The position numbers were made by a program, and so were the translations under genes. 64,000 nucleotides of DNA, taken from the sequence record NZ_CP096162.1; one strand, given 5' to 3'. The stretch is from a plasmid. Below, one piece after another: positions 59,333-64,000 of the stretch. Numbering within the stretch: the first letter of the stretch is position 1; each line of letters opens with the position of its first letter. The notes under the pieces are model-generated. The model did not search any database. It saw nothing but the letters and a program-made list of their open reading frames with translations, and was not told where the DNA came from.

Positions 59333-59626
59333 TTAATCGTTGTTGGAGTGTGGCGTGAATATGGCAATCGCTTTTTTTAAGATTAAATTTTCCTCCTCAA
59401 GTTGTGCATTCCGTTTTTGAAGCTTTTTGACTTGTTGCGCAGTAAGAATGGTATCATCATCGATTTTGACTTCCGAAAATTGCTTGACCCAACGTGCTAT
59501 CGAAGATAGGGCAATACCGTACTCCTTCGCCAATGCATTTTGGGATTTCCCACTTTCATACAGTTTGACAATGGATTTTTTAAAGTCCTCATCAAAGGAA
59601 CGAGTAGGTTTTCTGGCTTTTGTCAT
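59333..59626 (-). CDS. IS3-family transposase OrfA (HTH plus leucine zipper)
   Basis: 97 aa, KLYESGKSQNALAKEYGI HTH. Confidence 0.8.
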   Translation of the reverse strand: MTKARKPTRSFDEDFKKSIVKLYESGKSQNALAKEYGIALSSIARWVKQFSEVKIDDDTILTAQQVKKLQKRNAQLEEENLILKKAIAIFTPHSNND

Positions 59627-59683
59627 GGATAGTTCTCTCCTTATTCTGAAAGTGTCTACTTTCTTGATAGTATAGCAGATTTT

Positions 59684-59959
59684 GTGTCTACTTTTTTAGT
59701 ATATATCCAGATAAAGAATTATGAAAACCAAGCAAATAATTTAATCGAAGTACAGAAGCAAACACAAAATCTTTTAGACCAACAACAACGACTAGCCTTA
59801 CAAGATAAAAAGTTGTTAGAAGAATACAAAGCAGAAATCAAAGAGTTAAAATCATTAACAACTCAATCAACACCTGCTACTTTATCCAAGGATGTTAACC
59901 AACCCAAAGATATAGAGATAGATAAGAAAAAACGACGTTGGTGGCCATTTGGTAAGTAA
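59684..59959 (+). CDS. Hypothetical coiled-coil 91-aa protein. Its 5' end may derive from the IS end.
   Basis: ORF only. Confidence 0.25.
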   Translation: MSTFLVYIQIKNYENQANNLIEVQKQTQNLLDQQQRLALQDKKLLEEYKAEIKELKSLTTQSTPATLSKDVNQPKDIEIDKKKRRWWPFGK

Positions 59960-59994
59960 GGAAAAATATTATTTAGAAGGGGTGTTGGGAGAAA

Positions 59995-62900
59995 ATGAAA
60001 AATTTTAATAATATTGATGAACGTGTAGTGGATGATTTAAAAAAAGAACTAAAAGCACAGAGCAAGTTAAAGATTGCTGCAGCATCATTTTCAATCTATG
60101 CGTACGAGGAATTAAAAAAAGAGTTAGAAAAAGTCGATCAAATTCAGTTTTTATTTACTAGTGATCTATTTACGAAAGAAAAAGCACCGAAAGAAAAAAG
60201 AGAGTTCTTTATTCCTCGTCTAAATCGTGAAAGTCAGCTGTATGGGAATGAGTTTGAATTAAGAATGCGCAATGAATTATCTCAAAAGGCTATCGCTAAA
60301 GAAGCTGCAGAATGGATTCGTCAAAAAGTTACGTTTAAGTCAAATATTTCTGGGCAACGTTCTGATAATTTCATGGTCGTGGAAAATAAAGGAAATATAA
60401 ATGTATATGCACCTTTCGATGAATTTACAACCGCTGAAATTGGAACAACAAAAGGTGAAAAGCTTTTTTATAATATTTCAAAATTTGAAAATGAAAATAC
60501 ACAACAATTCTTAAATGCGTTTGAGCAAGTTTGGCATAATCAGGATTATGTCGATGAGGTCACGAATACAGTATTAGATAATATTACGGCTGCATATCAA
60601 GAGAATGCCCCAGAGTTTATCTACTATATTGCGTTATATAATTTGTTTGGTGAATTTTTGTCTGATTTAGATCAGGATTATATTCCTGATGAACGTACAG
60701 GGTTTAAAGACTCAAAAATCTGGTCATTATTGTATGATTTTCAAAAGGATGCTGTGTTGGGATCCATTAGTAAATTAGAGAAATACAATGGTGTTATTTT
60801 GGCAGATTCTGTTGGTTTGGGAAAAACGTTCTCGGCTATAGGAGTCATTAAATATTATGAATCACGTAATAAAAATGTCTTAGTTTTAGTACCGAAAAGA
60901 TTGAAAGATAATTGGAATAATTACAAGAATAACTACAAAAACAACCCCTTAGCTGAAGATCGTTTACGGTATGATGTCTTATTTCATACAGATATGGATC
61001 GCGAACGTGGTGAAAGTAATGGAATTGATTTAGGAAAGATAAACTGGGGGAATTATGATTTAGTCGTAATTGATGAAAGTCATAACTTTAGAAATGGCGA
61101 GGGTACTACACATAAAAAAGAAGAAGGTGTAGAAAATCGTTATCAAAAGCTAATGCGCAAAATTATTAAATTAGGAGTAAAGACAAAAGTTTTAATGTTA
61201 TCTGCAACTCCTGTGAATACCGATTTTTCTGATCTACGTAATCAATTGATGCTAGCATCTGAAGGTGATAGTAGTAATCTTACGAAAACTTTGACTACTA
61301 AAAAAACAGTAACAGAAATTTTTGGTCAAGCTCAACGAGCTTTTAAAGATTGGTCTTCTTTGGAAACTGAAAATCGCACAACGGAGTATTTACTTGACAT
61401 GTTGGATTTTGATTTTTTTGAGTTATTAGATAGTGTGACTATTTCTCGTAGTCGTAAACATATAGAAAAATATTATGACCAATCGGATATTGGGAAATTC
61501 CCAAAAAGATTTGCTCCAATTAACGAAAGTCCGAAATTAACAGACTTAGATATAACCTATAATGATCTATTTCAGTTTATCGATTTGCTAAATCTGGAAG
61601 TTTATACGCCGCTTAAATATGTATATCCCTCTAAAATAGAGAAGTACACAGAGCAGGCAACAGCTGGAGCTTCAAGTTGGGCAAATCGAGAAAAAGGACG
61701 CAATCAGCTGATGATTACGAACTTACTCAAACGAGCTGAAAGTTCTATTCATGCATTTAAATTAACAAGTGAACGAATTTTAGAGAATATTAGTTTGAAA
61801 TTACAAGTTATTGAAGAGTATAAACAATCAAAAAATGGCATTGTAAAAAGCGATTCAGATGATTTTGAAGATGATGTGTTTACCGTTGGACAGGACTTAA
61901 AAATTGATATAGCAGATATGGATTATCAATCATGGGAAAAACAATTAGTAGCGGATAAGTATGTGTTTACTGAACTATTGGATGTTGTAAATCGTATTAT
62001 TCCGGAACACGATACAAAGATGGCAACACTTCAAGAAATAATTCTTAAAAAGATAGAGAATCCGATTAATAAAGGAAATAAAAAGGTCATAATCTTCACG
62101 GCCTTTTCTGATACAGCAGACTATTTATATAAATATTTATCTAATCAATTAATCCAAAAAGATGGGGTTCATACAGCTTTGATATCGGGAACACGAACAG
62201 AGTCAACCATTCCAGGAAGAAAAAACGATTTTAATGAGTTGCTTACTTTATTTAGTCCCAAATCTAAAAATCGTGATGCATTAGGTTTAGATGGTGAAAT
62301 TGATGTAGTGATTGCAACAGATGTCATTAGCGAAGGTCAAAATTTGCAAGATGCAGATTATCTCATCAATTACGATATCCACTGGAATCCCGTTCGTATT
62401 ATTCAACGTTTTGGTCGTATTGACCGAATTGGATCTACCAATGATAACATTCAAATGGTCAATTTTTGGCCTGATATTAGTCTTGATGAATATATTAATT
62501 TAAAAGCACGGGTTGAGAACCGAGCAAAGTTAGTGGCTATATCCTCAACAGGGGAGGATACCATCGATAATACAGATCCAGATATGGAGTATCGGAAAAA
62601 ACAACTAGAAACGTTACAGAATGAAGTGGTTGATTTAGAGGATATGTCAAGTGGAGTCAATATTATGGATTTAGGTCTGAACGAGTTTCAACTTGACCTG
62701 CAAAAATTGAGGGAAAAATACGGAGATTACGAAGCAAAACCTTATGGAATTCATGCGATAACAAAGGCTGATAGTAATCATCCAGCAGGTGTTATCTTTG
62801 TTTTAAGAAATCGGAATAATGCTATGAATATAGACAAACAAAATCGATTACATCCGTTTTATTTAGTCTATATCGCTGAAAATGGTAAAATCATTTCGAA

Positions 62901-63189
62901 TCATTTTAATCCTAAAAAAATTCTAGATGATATGAGGTATCTATCCAGCGAAAAATCTGTACCGATTGAGAACCTAGTTCAATCATTTAACATAGAAACA
63001 CTTGAGGGGAAAGATATGAGTAAGTATTCGAATTTACTTAATCAAGCAATTGACTCCATGATTAGCGTTAAGGAGGAAAAGGATATCGATAGTCTCTTTA
63101 CTACTGGTGGTACAACAGCTTTGGAGAATGATATAAATGGATTAAATGATTTTGAATTAATTGATTTTCTAGTTGTTAGGGGTGAGTAG
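59995..63189 (+). CDS. SNF2-family (SF2) helicase-like ATPase
   Basis: 1064 aa. Motif I ILADSVGLGKT (SNF2-type LADxxGLGKT), motif II VVIDESHNFRN, C-terminal helicase motifs (QRFGRIDRIGS). Confidence 0.8.
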   Translation: MKNFNNIDERVVDDLKKELKAQSKLKIAAASFSIYAYEELKKELEKVDQIQFLFTSDLFTKEKAPKEKREFFIPRLNRESQLYGNEFELRMRNELSQKAIAKEAAEWIRQKVTFKSNISGQRSDNFMVVENKGNINVYAPFDEFTTAEIGTTKGEKLFYNISKFENENTQQFLNAFEQVWHNQDYVDEVTNTVLDNITAAYQENAPEFIYYIALYNLFGEFLSDLDQDYIPDERTGFKDSKIWSLLYDFQKDAVLGSISKLEKYNGVILADSVGLGKTFSAIGVIKYYESRNKNVLVLVPKRLKDNWNNYKNNYKNNPLAEDRLRYDVLFHTDMDRERGESNGIDLGKINWGNYDLVVIDESHNFRNGEGTTHKKEEGVENRYQKLMRKIIKLGVKTKVLMLSATPVNTDFSDLRNQLMLASEGDSSNLTKTLTTKKTVTEIFGQAQRAFKDWSSLETENRTTEYLLDMLDFDFFELLDSVTISRSRKHIEKYYDQSDIGKFPKRFAPINESPKLTDLDITYNDLFQFIDLLNLEVYTPLKYVYPSKIEKYTEQATAGASSWANREKGRNQLMITNLLKRAESSIHAFKLTSERILENISLKLQVIEEYKQSKNGIVKSDSDDFEDDVFTVGQDLKIDIADMDYQSWEKQLVADKYVFTELLDVVNRIIPEHDTKMATLQEIILKKIENPINKGNKKVIIFTAFSDTADYLYKYLSNQLIQKDGVHTALISGTRTESTIPGRKNDFNELLTLFSPKSKNRDALGLDGEIDVVIATDVISEGQNLQDADYLINYDIHWNPVRIIQRFGRIDRIGSTNDNIQMVNFWPDISLDEYINLKARVENRAKLVAISSTGEDTIDNTDPDMEYRKKQLETLQNEVVDLEDMSSGVNIMDLGLNEFQLDLQKLREKYGDYEAKPYGIHAITKADSNHPAGVIFVLRNRNNAMNIDKQNRLHPFYLVYIAENGKIISNHFNPKKILDDMRYLSSEKSVPIENLVQSFNIETLEGKDMSKYSNLLNQAIDSMISVKEEKDIDSLFTTGGTTALENDINGLNDFELIDFLVVRGE

Positions 63190-63747
63190 ATGATCATAGA
63201 GATTCCAAAACAAGCAGTTGTGAATCGTATTGTTCCTAAAGATCGATTTAACTTTGATGATGCTACAAAAATTGAGCGTATTCGTTGGTTAGGGAAATTA
63301 GGACCTACTACGATTAATTTACCTGCGAAAAAAATACAAGAAATTGAAATTTTTAGTGTTGATATGATCGACTTTGATTTAAGTGTTATTAAAGAGATTG
63401 TTTCTAAAATACCACAAGAGATTCTATTCATTATCAATGATGAGATTCTCATAATGTACTATCAAGGATACTGTATTTCTAAAAGAGTAGAGAATCATCT
63501 TCAAATTAAAGGATTATCTATTGATGAAGTTCGTGATAATTTTATTCGTCAATTGTTAGATCTTAAGGATATCTCTAAACCATTAAAGCAACAAGTTGCT
63601 AACATAAAGATAATCAATGAATTGGAATTTGAAATAGATCGAATCAATACACAGATTAAAAGATCTATCCAAACTAATAAAAAACAAGCGTTGGCTAGAG
63701 AAAGATATACAATAGAACAGAACTTAGCCAAATTAAGGGGAGAATAA
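63190..63747 (+). CDS. Small conserved-partner protein (DUF4391-like by position), translationally coupled to the helicase
   Basis: TAGATG overlap with the helicase stop. 185 aa. Confidence 0.45.
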   Translation: MIIEIPKQAVVNRIVPKDRFNFDDATKIERIRWLGKLGPTTINLPAKKIQEIEIFSVDMIDFDLSVIKEIVSKIPQEILFIINDEILIMYYQGYCISKRVENHLQIKGLSIDEVRDNFIRQLLDLKDISKPLKQQVANIKIINELEFEIDRINTQIKRSIQTNKKQALARERYTIEQNLAKLRGE

Positions 63748-63749
63748 AG

Positions 63750-64000
63750 ATGTCTGATAGACCAGAAAAAATTAATTTATCTGATGTTCACTCACGTCAA
63801 GTAGATACTGACCTGTTGAATGAATTACGTGATTTATTTGTCAAAGCAGAAGAACAAAAAGAACGTTACGATTTTACGTGGAATGGCAAAGCAAAAGCCT
63901 ATTTTGAAGCTGCAGCTCCAACGACTAAAACACTGCGTGCACAACCGGAAGAAAGTGTGAACTTTGAAGGATCTGAGAATCTATTTATTACGGGAGATAA
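63750..64000 (+). CDS. N6-adenine DNA methyltransferase, Type III Mod-like (N-terminal 83 codons only; continues past the window)
   Basis: TWNGKAKAY ... ENLFITGD matches the NWxGK ... LLIxGDNLxxLK N-terminal motifs of Type III Mod-like methyltransferases. RBS AAGGGGAG. Confidence 0.5.
   Translation, partial: MSDRPEKINLSDVHSRQVDTDLLNELRDLFVKAEEQKERYDFTWNGKAKAYFEAAAPTTKTLRAQPEESVNFEGSENLFITGD

Larger units (their letters stand above)
58390..59700 (-). mobile_element. IS3-family insertion sequence (orfA/orfB with a programmed -1 frameshift); ends approximate
   Basis: OrfA/OrfB pair. An A7G slippery run lies in the 59333-59370 overlap region. Confidence 0.55.

Overview
Low-GC Firmicutes (Enterococcus/Lactobacillales-like) mosaic conjugative plasmid or ICE segment, read from the sequence and ORF translations only. 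Layout: (1) 1-8500: IS6-bounded accessory unit. It holds an IS1216-type copy, a Tn552-like transposition module (DDE transposase, IS-truncated AAA partner, divergent serine resolvase), the cadC-cadA cadmium efflux operon, an IS6 scar, an IS-truncated tyrosine recombinase and a second IS6-family copy. (2) 8600-11800: secreted YiiX-like permuted-papain amidase with a small membrane partner, and a YolD-like/UmuC-like Y-family polymerase pair. (3) 11900-15700: maintenance core, with ParA plus a small ParB-like gene flanked by two different 8-bp iteron arrays, and an Inc18-type RepR/RepE initiator. (4) 15700-19700: ORF-poor structured region and hypothetical genes. (5) 19800-25500: a GC-richer cell-surface-complex-like cluster (two divergent WxL-like proteins with Y-x-L/V motifs, a CscA-like anchored protein, a MucBP-repeat protein). 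(6) 25500-43300: one long same-strand transfer operon. It combines a Tad/type-IV-pilus-like module (TadA/VirB11-type ATPase, two TadB/C-like platform proteins, pseudopilin-like and paralogous mini-proteins, a VirB2-like protein) with an MPF_FA-type T4SS (coupling protein, VirB6-like, VirB4-like, CwlT-like SLT+NlpC/P60 hydrolase). (7) 43300-53200: oriT-like palindromes, RHH protein and MOBP-like relaxase, then establishment and anti-restriction genes (membrane Mrr-cat nuclease, ArdC-like, TOPRIM primase, thermonuclease lipoprotein, ParB-fused N6A methyltransferase). (8) 53200-58000: small regulators and hypotheticals. (9) 58000-59700: a candidate type-I toxin peptide and an IS3-family element. 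(10) 59995 to the window end: SNF2-family helicase, a small protein and a Type III Mod-like methyltransferase (partial), a candidate defence module running off the window. The leads most worth follow-up are the Tad-like pilus module inside the Gram-positive T4SS operon, the divergent WxL-like surface cluster directly upstream of it, and the helicase/methyltransferase defence module.
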